This document shows, in pieces, positions 50,938 through 61,150 of a stretch of 64,000 nucleotides of DNA. Within the stretch, counting starts at the first letter, position 1; each line of letters starts with the position of its first letter. A model generated the notes under the pieces. It was not told the origin of the DNA and did not search any database. It saw nothing but the letters and a program-made list of their open reading frames with translations. This DNA comes from Lama glama (lineage: Eukaryota): NCBI GenBank assembly GCA_028534125.1, contig CM052817.1, positions 44,828,001 through 44,892,000 on the forward strand. The letters are read 5' to 3'. The position numbers and the translations under genes are program-made.

Positions 50938-52307
50938 GTAAGAACTCAAAGAGGGGACATGGGCAGGAGTGGCTGGATGCGGGATTGGTGCTATTCAACA
51001 AAGAATGTTGTCAGCCCAACAGAAACAGCCATTCTGACCTCTCAAGCATAATGTTTTGTAACGTGACTATAGCATGGTTTAAAAAAAAAACCATTGGCTT
51101 TTTTGTAATGACTTATTGCTAGAATGCCATGTGCTTTTTCTGGGCAGTGTTTTAGGAGTCTTCATAGTAATAATAGTTCACGTTTACTAGCACTTACTAG
51201 TGCCAGTCACTGTGTTCAGTGCTTTACATGTTTACATATAGGTAATACACATAAAGCATTAGCTGATTCCATGTCAAAACGGCTGAGAGAGAAAGCGGAG
51301 AACTCGGTAATAGGAAAGTACATATCTTTCTGATTCTCAGTGATTTTGAGGCAGAGTTAGTTTTAGACTCTGCCCACAAAGTTCCCGGTGCTTCTTAATG
51401 TCGGAGCTACTCGGATCCTTTCTGGGCATGAGGTAGAATGAGCAGGGTACAGCTGACGAAGGCGTTTTCTTTATCACGAGGGCTAGTTTTTGCAATCATC
51501 TGTCACACGATTATTGACACTAGCCTTGCCAGATAGACAGCCAATGGCCTCTTTTTATAATTGTGGAAATCAGTGCTCAGAGAAAGAACAGGATTTTTAT
51601 AAAAATCCTTATCTTCAAGCAAATTCCTGCTAGAACTTAGGGTCTTCTCATATTCGTACTGTGATTCTTCTTAGGCTACAATTCTTCTCAAGAGAAACTA
51701 TGTAACCTCTTTCACCTGATTAAAGTTGTACTTTTTGCTTGAATAATGTACTAACTTTTGCCCCCTTCTCCATTTGGTTTGAAAGTCTTTTGAGATAAGC
51801 CTCCCTATCTTCCCAAGGGAGGCCCTGTATAAGAATTATCTATAGAATCATTAATAACATCCATCCCAAGGCCCACATACTAGGGCCCCAGAAACTGTAT
51901 TTTTAATGAGCTTCAATTGATTCTCGTGAAGGTGGTGCCTATGCGATTGGGAACCAGTGTGCCGGGGAGCACACACCCCGACCTGGAGATGAGCCCAGAG
52001 GAGGGTAGGAACAGGTATCTGCTTCTCCCTCTCCTGCTGGCTCACTGGGCCTGAAACAGCGCCTGCCTGCTCAGCCCCAGTGCCTGTGGCTCAATGCACA
52101 AATATAGACGTATTTTTCTTATTGTTTTAACAGTCTGTTTTCTCAAGAAGTTGCTGGCAGAATCAACAGTAGGTGTCCACTCTGCAATAGTCATATCTCT
52201 TGCTATAACCCTTTTCCTCTTGCCTCTTACATATTCCCAGATGTGGACTGAAAGGTTACCCTCCAGGATTGTCCCCAAGTGTTTCGCATTCCCAGGGGAA
52301 CATTTTG

Positions 52308-52532
52308 GCTAGTGTGATGAGTGAGTGGTCTGGAGTCAGGTAGATCTGGATTTGAATATTATTCTATTTGTTAGCAAATTGGCCAAGTTGATGAAGGAGG
52401 GTTCCAGACAGCAGTTTTTTCATCTGTAAAATGGGGATGCTTATAACTTCCTTGGAAGGTTGATTGAAGGTTAGAGATAAATGTATTAAGATACTCAGGG
52501 CAGTGTCTGGCCCTTATTAAGTCCTCAACAGA
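52308..52532 (+). mobile_element. MIR SINE
   Basis: tctggagtcagg...cagttttttcatctgtaaaatgggga. Confidence 0.75.
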
Positions 52533-53049
52533 TCTTTAAAAATACATTTTAAAGGTCATTATAGGTCACAAAGAAGGAAATTATGTCTTTGTGGAACTGT
52601 GTACCAATAGAGAACAAAACTGTGTGTATGACAGATGTGGTGTTTGAGCCCTGGACTGGTGGATAGGTGAGCAGACTTAAATTATTTGCCAACAGGCTAA
52701 TTTCTCCAAAAATGTATTTCCATGGCAGCAATTATTGGGTCTCGCTCTCCTTTTCAAGAGCAAAATCTAGAATGGGTTTCCTTTAATAACTTGCTTCTCT
52801 ATTTATTTCTCAAAATAAAATGAGATTAAAAAAACAAAACAAAACTAGTGTCTTCCTGTGGGCAGGCCCTGATCTAGTCAGAGGCTGGACAGATGTCAGG
52901 ACCAGGCAGAGTCTTAAAATATTCTGCATCAGCATATGCAGGAGAACAAAGCCTATCTTGGGTAAAACAAAAACAGAAAAATAGAAAAGAAAAGGGGGAA
53001 AAGTCCATTTACTGGTAGAGAATCATAATTGAAACAAGTGTTTTGAGAT

Positions 53050-53235
53050 GAGCGGTCCCTCACTTGGTCAGAATTCTGCCTCCATTACCTGATAGCTGGA
53101 TGTCCTGGGGAAATTTTGAACTTCTCTGAACCTTACTTTCCTCAAATGCAAAATGAAAGTAATAGTTCTAACTTCGGAGGGCTGCTGGTAATGTTAATTA
53201 AAATAATGTATATAAAGCATTTACATTGTATAGGT
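53050..53235 (+). mobile_element. MIR SINE
   Basis: cttctctgaaccttactttcctcaaatgcaaaatgaa. Confidence 0.7.
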
Positions 53236-53522
53236 TCAGAGTAAGTGTTGAAGAATAAAGAATTCAGCTAGAATTTCAGTGTATATTGTGGTATAAAATA
53301 ATGCGAGGGTTAGGCTTAGATGAGATGTCAGAAAATGAAGTATAAATCCCAAGCTCAGAGATGTAGAATAGAGTTTTCGCCTGCCCCTCTCCCTGACCCA
53401 AGTTTTCATATGTGCGGCCTCCCCACCCTCCACTGAGGGGCCAGGTTTGTGGTCAGGAATTTTGTATTCATCTTAGACTTTTAAGAACCATGTCATTCAT
53501 TTTTGTTTTCCTTAAAATGCAG

Positions 53523-53641
53523 GTGCACCTATTATCATGTCTTTCCCACACTTCTACCAAGCAGATGAGAAGTTTGTTTCTGCCATAGAAGGCATGCATC
53601 CAAATAAGGACTATCATGAGACATTTGTGGACATTAATCCT
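53523..53641 (+). CDS. SCARB2: SCARB2 exon 8 (119 nt): (G)APIIMSFPHFYQADEKFVSAIEGMHPNKDYHETFVDINP
   Basis: AG at 53521-53522; CCT|GTGAGT donor; SFPHFY motif. Confidence 0.98.
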
Positions 53642-54704
53642 GTGAGTATGCACATCTTCCAGGTTCAGAAACATCCCTTTTATTCTGTCTACAGTGTTCA
53701 CCAGTTTGGTCCTCAGCCCTCTCAAGGAATATATTGTCTTCCTTTCATATACATATTCAAGTGGAGGAAACTCAGCTCAGCGCAGTGAGATGCATAGTTT
53801 CATAGCCCCATAATTCGAAGGCTGAGTTCCGTGGATCTCAGATGCAGAAATATCAGCAAACCTACTTTAACAGAAAAGCAACAGGGAAAGCCCATCATAG
53901 GAAACAACTGGGATCGGACCGGGGTAACCTGGTCAGTCTTCTGTTGCCAGGAGATTGGACCTGAACGTGTACACATCCCTCCCACAGGGCCTCAGGTCGA
54001 CAGGGGGAAGACATGCCTCTGTTACTCGCTGCCTGGAATGTGCTGGTTGAAATTTAAATATATATGTTTGCTTCAGTCACTTTTGGCAAAACTCTTTATA
54101 CAGGTGCCTTTGAGAGTTATTATATGACATTATTAATTTAAAGGGCATCAATAGACATAGACTCTAATCTCATATTCCCAGAGGAGAAAAACTAAAAACC
54201 ATGTCAAAAGGATGTGAATATCATTTCACAGTGTGAGAGCCTCTCACTGTAGGGACTGAATTAAAGGTGAGATATCATCATTCTTGGGATTTTGAATACA
54301 TGCCTGGAACAATCAAAGAAAAGCAGACACATTTTTTGAGCACAGCCATTTATGGGCACTTCCCTCTCAACCAACTCATTGCATTTGTATCTGAGAAATC
54401 AGTGCTCTTATCCTTTTGTGAATTGGGTCAGGTGTGGCTTTCTCCCTTTTCTCTCTTAGCCATCAGTCAGTTCCTTTTCAGCAGCTCAGCTCTTCTCAGG
54501 TGCCTGTCCCCAGGGCAAGGCACAGCGCCACAGTGTTGGTGCAAAGATGGAGCTGCCGTGGGGGAGATGCTGCACCTGTCCTCTGGGCTCTGCTGGGTGG
54601 GCCTGGCCATGTGTGGGCACCATTCACTGGCCATGCCCACATCCATCCACCTGGATTCCCAGACCCGACAGGAAGGGATATATTGGCTCCCCCTCCTGCT
54701 AGGG

Positions 54705-54860
54705 TCCTCTAGGGCTTTGCTGTTCAAAGTGACAGCATTCTGGGAGCTTGTTAGAAACGCCCAGTCTCAGCCCCTGCTCCAGACCTACTGAATCAGAATC
54801 TGCATTTTAACAAGGTCTCCAAGAACTCACATGTGTAATAAACTGTGAGGAACATTGGTC
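54705..54860. mobile_element. MER5A (hAT-Charlie)
   Basis: ctgggagcttgttagaaa...cagacctactgaatcagaatctgcattttaacaag. Confidence 0.85.
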
Positions 54861-55057
54861 TACCAGGCACGTAACACAATCCACAGTTCTCAGTCTGTCC
54901 CAGGGAACAGTTGTCCCTTGTTCCACTCTGCATAGTAAGTGTGGCAGCAGCCACCCTGTTTATCAGAACCACACAGAAACCATGCTCTGTTGAAAAAAAC
55001 CTCTGTGTGATTTTTGTAAGTCCTAATGTTTTTATTTTCTGCTTCTCTGATTTGCAG

Positions 55058-55131
55058 TTGACTGGAATTATCCTAAGAGCAGCCAAGAGGTTCCAAATCA
55101 ACGTTTATGTCAAGAAATTAGATGACTTTAT
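55058..55131 (+). CDS. SCARB2: SCARB2 exon 9 (74 nt): LTGIILRAAKRFQINVYVKKLDDF(I)
   Basis: tttgcAG acceptor; AT|GTAAGT donor; KRFQIN motif. Confidence 0.97.
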
Positions 55132-55299
55132 GTAAGTTTTGCTTCTTTCTAGAGGCAAAGGGTTGTTTTGCTACATTGATTTCTTGGTAGGGTTGATGTT
55201 GGGAGGAGTACAGCCTGCTTCTAACTCTGCTCATCTCTAAGCTTCAGGGATGAGGTATGATCCACATTTTCACGGACTGCCTTGGTGTGGAATGTACTT

Positions 55300-55495
55300 A
55301 TTTTATATAACCAAACACATATGGAACACTTCCCATGAGTCAGGCCTTGTTCTGAGTACTTTATGTATATTAACTCATTTATTCCTCACAATAACCCTGT
55401 ATTATCCCCATTTTGCAGATGAGGAAACTGAGGCAAATCGAGGTTTTTTTTTTTAATAACCTGCTGGAACTTACACAGCTAGTAAGGCTGCAGAG
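55300..55495 (-). mobile_element. MIR SINE
   Basis: attatccccattttgcagatgaggaaactgaggca. Confidence 0.85.
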
Positions 55496-56547
55496 TCTGC
55501 TCTGACCTGTCCTGCTGAGCATTTCCTCCTGCACCATGACTCTGGCTGCCTCCCCTCCTTTCTTTCCACTGCTCTCATCCAGCCAGCCACAGGCTCTCCC
55601 ATGGAGGGTTAAATACTCTCTTGGGTCCAGTCTCCCCACACTCCATCTAAAAACCACTACTTAATTAGGACTCCTAAGTATGATCTGCTCAGACTTTTCA
55701 GTGGAAATTGAGAAAATACTTATGATTTAATGTTGAATGAAAAAACTGGATGCAAAACTATGATACATATCCAAAATATCATCTATCTATCTATCTGACC
55801 TTTCTGTCTGCATATCTATCAACCAAACTCGGTTAGTTTCCCCCATGGAATTTGCCAGATTTAAGTCCACGTTATGGATCTTTGTAGAAAGCAAATGTGG
55901 TTTGTAAGAATGCATTTTGCCACTTGTGTGTGTGTATTTCTGAGGGAAGATAATTTACAATCTAGAGCTGTTGAATCAAAATGGAATTAGAATTCTGGCT
56001 CCACCACTTATGCGTGGTGGTCCTGGGCAGATTACTCCGAGCCATCATTTCCTTGTCTTAAACCTCGGACAGCCATACCTACTGCATGGGACTACTAAAT
56101 GAGGTAATGTTCCCAAGATACCCGGTGCACAGCTGGCGCATAGTAAATGCTCAGTAAGTGATTGCTCCAGGAGCTTGTGAAGATAGTACTTAGCAGCCTG
56201 GTTATAAAACATTCTGAGAAATGACAGCGTTGTTCTGCTGCAGCCTCCCCTCTGATAACTCTTGGCAGTACAGTAATCATTTTGATGAATTTGCTTTTCT
56301 GGCATCCTGTGTTTTGGTAAAAACACTTCACATAAATATGCACCACTTCAAATTGCTAGACTGACAGTTTGTAATAGAACTTCTGGTTGATATATGTTTG
56401 CAAAGATAGTTAAGAAGACTGCATAAATTCCAGGTAATTTAATGAAATACGTGTGCTGGAACTTTCGTATACAAACTTGTCTCACCAGACCAGTGTACTA
56501 TCGTAATGAGGATGTCTATAAAATAATCTCATTTTTTGTCTCTGTAG

Positions 56548-56599
56548 TGAAACAGGAAGCATTAGAACTCTGGTTTTCCCAGTGATGTATATCAATGAG
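56548..56599 (+). CDS. SCARB2: SCARB2 exon 10 (52 nt): (I)ETGSIRTLVFPVMYINE
   Basis: ttttttgtctctgtAG acceptor; GAG|GTGAGT donor; FPVMY-NE motif; phase consistent with neighbours. Confidence 0.96.
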
Positions 56600-57515
56600 G
56601 TGAGTCCTGGGAGGGAAATGGGTGTGTTTTACCTGTGGAAGCTTGGGAAACTTCCCATAGGGTGTCTGCATGTGGCTGTGTAATTTAAGATGTGAGGAAG
56701 GGACAAACATGATTTTTTAAAACCTGTTTGTCTTCAGGAAATTTCTGTTTATATGTTTACATGAAGCTGCCTGTGTCTGAGGTTTGAAAATGACAGAAAG
56801 AAACTCCTTTCTGGGAAGCAAGTTATATAAGAAACAAAATGCAAAGGTAAATGAAGCAAGGTCAGACACTGTTGAAAGAGAACCAAGAGCCAACACTCAG
56901 ATAGATGTCCAGTTAAACTTTTCTTAGCCTCTCCTCCATCATCAAGAATTTGCCAGTTTGTTTAAAAAAGAAAAAAAAAGGTTATCAGTTTACCAATCAT
57001 TAGTTAAGGAGAAAAAGAAAGTAAAAATTTTCATTACATGAAAGTTTCATGTAAGGTGGTTGAAGAAACAGTTAAATAAAGTGTAACACATGCCCATTAA
57101 TTGCAGTGGTATGTGGTTGCCTTGTCTTTCATCAAAGCCTAGAGTTTTTTCTACTTTCTGGTAAGCATGCATACATCATAAATTACAGAAACAGATCCCA
57201 AGTCCAAACAAAAGGAGTTTCTCTGAAGAAATATTTCTTACTTAGTGTACCTACAGAAATGCTATCCCTAATTGTTAGGCATAAATTGAAGTTCTGTAAA
57301 TAAAACATATTCTGAAACTTCAGAAAACACTATTTGATACCTGTGATTAATTCTTTTCTGAATCACATATTATAGTTACTGTAGTTATATCTCCTCAATT
57401 TCCCTTTTCTTTTTTACCCAGTTTTGAAGGGAAAACTACAGGATTTTTCACCCTCAATAAGTTCTTGATCAGCTGGCTTCTGTTGTTAACAGCAGCATTT
57501 TAAAAAGTTTTTATT

Positions 57516-57581
57516 GGTGGGGAGGGTAATAGCCCAGTGGTAGAGTGCATGCTTAGCAATCCCCAGTGCCTCCATTAAAAA
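57516..57581 (+). mobile_element. tRNA-derived SINE (Vic-1-like), internally deleted, perfect 14-bp TSD
   Basis: ggggagggtaatagcccagtggtagagtgcatgcttagca^atccccagtgcctcc + A tail; AAAAAGTTTTTATT at 57502-57515 and 57582-57595. Confidence 0.88.
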
Positions 57582-58754
57582 AAAAAGTTTTTATTATTTT
57601 TCTCTCTTCCCTAAAAATACTTGTTCTTTGCAGAAAATTTGGGAAGAAAGATTAGCAAGAAAAGGGAAAATTTAAATGACTTCACAAAACCTGAGCCAGA
57701 GTAGCATGTTATTTTTAACTTGCTTTATTTTCCTCAACAGTTTGTTGTAAAATTTTTTCTAATAACAGCTTTGCAAAAAAAAAAAAACCTTGATGTTTTG
57801 CATTTTGTAAAAGTGACATGTTTTTCATAGAACTCTTGGGAAATTAAAAATAGTATTTAAGAAGTAAATCACTTGGTGAGCAAGCCCATCCCTCAGAGAA
57901 AACGCAGTTGATAACCTGCTCATGTCACCTCGGTATTTTTCTGGTTTTGATATTACATAGTTGAGACCACATTGTAGGTACAATTCTATGTCTTTCTTTT
58001 TCTCATTTAGCATTGCATTGGTAGCCACATTGATAAACTATTGAAGGGTTTGGGGTTACAGTTCTAAGACAAGGCTTTCATTGTTTCAAAGGACAAATTC
58101 AGGCAATATTTACCACTTTATAGGACCTATTTGCAATGGCTCCTGGGTCATCACTGTTATTTGTGGGGCAGGCCATGGAAGTAGGGCTTTTTGAAAATGT
58201 GGACAGGCCCTGTTCTGCCAGCTTATGGCCATAGCTGTGGCTTATCTGAAGTCCCCTCTACCTGAACTTTGGCCTTGAGTTTTTGTTAAAGACTAGACTG
58301 AGTCCAGGGAATGAGGGAGTGAAACCTCATGCTTTTGCTCCCTCCCAGAAAGAACTTGATTTTTCTCTTCTCTAGAAAAATAAAACATTAGACTTGGAAG
58401 TGAGCTGGGAGACTGCTGTCTCACCCCCTTTTTCCAGAGGTGGAAACTCTGACCCCGATGGGCCTTTCCCTGCATATTGAACTAAAGTTAAGTCCAAAGT
58501 CCCAATTGTTGCTAATAATTTTTATGGAATTAAGCTCTTCAGATACCTCACCCATGACAGTTTAAGATGTTAATGCCTTTGCCATTCATACAGAAACTAT
58601 TATTGTAGAATATTTCCTTAGTTATCAGCACCCTCTGTAATTCTAGTTAACCTCAAGTCTTCCCTAACACTTTCTGTCAAAACTTCTGGTCCTGATTAGT
58701 ATAGATCTGGCCAAGAGAGAAATGATGCTTTCCATATGACATTGTTGGAAAATT

Positions 58755-59010
58755 TCATTCATTCATTCATCTAATCAACTGACATTAACTGAGCACCTCC
58801 TATGTTAGGGGGTGTTATAACCGGTATTGAGTTGACTGAAATAAAAGTCTTGCCTTCAGGAACCTCACAGTCAGGAAGAGACAAACAGGTAAAGAGACAC
58901 AACGCAGAATGTGAAGACAGTGATGGAGGATTTTAGAATGTGAGATGGACAAACTTCTGAAAGGAAGTTGTACTGAGCTGGATTTTGAAGGATGAGTTAG
59001 AGTTGTCTGA
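58755..59010 (-). mobile_element. L2 3' end relic
   Basis: ttcattcattcattcatc...actgagcacc...tgccttcaggaacctcacagtc. Confidence 0.75.
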
Positions 59011-59299
59011 TAGTAAGCAAAAGCTGATATTCTCTCAATATTTCTGAATTCTTTTCCCCTCCTTTTTCCCACCAATTCTGGGAGTAAAACATATCTTCAG
59101 GAGAAAAGGGAAGATGTTAATGAATAAATGCCCCCTCTAGTTACTCTAATTTATAAATGGATTTTCAATATCTCTAGTTTGCTAAACAGGAGGACAGACC
59201 CAAATTGTATTTAATGATTTGGAAGAAAGATACCACAAAAAAGTTATACTGTGAATATTCGGTAATCAAGGGAATACTGTTTTCTTGTTCCCCTCCCAG

Positions 59300-59458
59300 A
59301 GTGTTCTCATTGACCAAGAGACTGCAAGTCGACTGAAGTCTGTGATTAACACGACTTCCATCATCATCAATATCCCCTACATTGTCATGGCGCTGGGCGT
59401 GTTCTTTGGTCTGGTCTTCACCTGGCTTGCGTGCAGAGGACAGGGATCCATGGATGAG
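59300..59458 (+). CDS. SCARB2: SCARB2 exon 11 (159 nt): SVLIDQETASRLKSVINTTSIIINIPYIVMALGVFFGLVFTWLACRGQGSMDE (C-terminal transmembrane helix)
   Basis: Long pyrimidine tract + cAG; donor GAG|GTCAGC; hydrophobic TM segment. Confidence 0.97.
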
Positions 59459-59734
59459 GTCAGCAGTGGCTGGAAGAACATCTCCCTTACGGGATAACCT
59501 TCCCTGAGGACTTCAGCTGTGCTTCACTGATGGGTTGTCAGCAGGCTCACTGGGGTGGATTCTGTGGTTTTTATACTGGGTGTGGTAATTTCATGGTTAT
59601 ATTACTGCTGGCCCAAATGAGAGGCAAGGGAAGTATGTCAAAGAAGGAGGGGTGATAGAAGGGTACTGTCTAGGATTTTGGGTGCTCTTGGTGGGAATGG
59701 AATCGCTGGGAGTAAGCATTATGTCTTGAAAATA

Positions 59735-59932
59735 ATCTGTATACCAGCTAAGCACCTGGCCTTTGGTGTTGGACTGCCCAGGTTCAAATGCAAGTTCTGC
59801 CACGTAATAGCCATGTGACCGGACATGATAGAGCTTCCCTTAGGAGTTTTTAGTGAGGATTTGATGATATAGTAAATACAAAGCACGTGGCCAAGTGCTG
59901 GCATTTAGTAAGAGCTCAAGAAATATTAGTTA
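59735..59932 (+). mobile_element. MIR SINE relic
   Basis: aggttcaaatgcaagttctgccac...tgtgacc...taagagctcaagaaatattag. Confidence 0.7.
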
Positions 59933-60857
59933 TCTGATGAAACAGCTCCCTAATTATAGAGCAGTCAGAGATCTGCTTGGAAAGAATCCCTGGTGTATCA
60001 GAAGGTACTTACTACTGAGTCATCATTGCATAATAAATGACGGGTGCAGGGGAGTAGTTACCTTCCTGGAGGGATGGTAACTTCCTCCTTCCACCAAATG
60101 GATGGGATAAACAGGTTGGCCTCCCTGAGTGACCAGCAGGCCAACCCAGGGGTCTCAACATCTTCAATGAGCCTTTCTTAAATTCTCAAAAAGATTCTTT
60201 TTGCAACAAAGGCTTTTTCCCTTCCTCACTGCCACAATTAAGTGTCTGAGGTAAAGGTGAAGCCGGAAATAACACAGGCTGAAACCATCTAACTCATACT
60301 AGCTCAGATTTCCCTGTTTCTGCGTTCTTCCGTGGTTCCTCTCAACCCATGCCCATTACATTGGCGTGAATTAGGTGGGAGGCAACTGTTTTGCCACTTC
60401 TGTCTGTGGCTGTTACAGTCACTGCAAGGTGAACTGTACTGTCGCTGAGATTTGCATCAGCACAGGTGAGAGCCCATATCAACATGATGACTGCTCCTGC
60501 AGTAACTGTCTTCACATGTTCAACAAGCAGGTGGTGACTGACCACCCACCACTTCTGAGACATTGTTCTTTGATGGATTTCCAACTAGGAAGGAGGCCAA
60601 TTCAATAGAGTGCAATGAGGGTTATGGTCCAGGTCAACACAGGGAAGGGTACTACTGCCCCGGTGGGGGAGGGGGTGTCAGAGGATTAGGGTTGAATGAT
60701 AAAGAAAGAGCCAGAGGAAGCAGGTCAGGAGAAGGTGAGTGGATGATGTTCTTCCTCCTTCCACCTTCCTCCACCCCTTCCCAAAACTCTGCACATCCGG
60801 GGGAAATTTGGTGATGTGACCATTCAGCCTCACTGTCCTCTTTCTTCTGAGTCTCAG

Positions 60858-60896
60858 GGAACTGCAGACGAAAGAGCGCCCCTCATACGAACCTAA
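60858..60896 (+). CDS. SCARB2: SCARB2 exon 12 coding part (39 nt): GTADERAPLIRT*, with the [DE]xxxL[LI] lysosomal sorting motif ERAPLI
   Basis: gtctcAG acceptor at 60856-60857; TAA at 60894-60896. Confidence 0.97.
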   Translation, partial: GTADERAPLIRT

Positions 60897-61144
60897 CAGT
60901 CGGCTGCACTTGGTGAAGGAAGCAAGGGAGCTGTCGTGACCTGGACCACAGCGTGGGGCAACTGTCTGCGTCCTTACCAGCATGTCACCTGGTGTGAGAG
61001 GAGAGAGGAGACCCTGTGCTGGCGTGTGATGACGGCCCTCGGGCAGAGGGCCAAGAGCAGGCTGACATGGTTGGCCGTTAGGCTTTACAAGATCCTGTGG
61101 TCCCTGACAAACTATTTTGTTCTTCAAGTGTCTAGCAAGTATTT

Positions 61145-61150
61145 AATAAA
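61145..61150 (+). terminator. Candidate proximal polyadenylation signal AATAAA
   Basis: AATAAA ~250 nt after the stop codon, followed by U/GU-rich sequence (tttttccattgttgggtg). Confidence 0.6.

Noticed and set aside
54267..54791. Longest ORF in the track (174 aa)
   Set aside because: Non-ATG start, no recognisable domain, intronic, and it runs into a MER5A.
18503..60896. Pseudogenisation or loss of glycosylation sites in SCARB2
   Set aside because: All exons are in phase without stops; ten N-x-S/T sequons, the luminal cysteines, H363 and the dileucine motif are present.
60894..60902. Stop-codon read-through of SCARB2
   Set aside because: The stop is TAA-CAG, not the leaky TGA-CTAG context.
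60678..61127. 149-aa antisense ORF over exon 12 and the 3' UTR
   Set aside because: No ATG at the called start, no recognisable homology; consistent with a chance ORF in GC-richer sequence.
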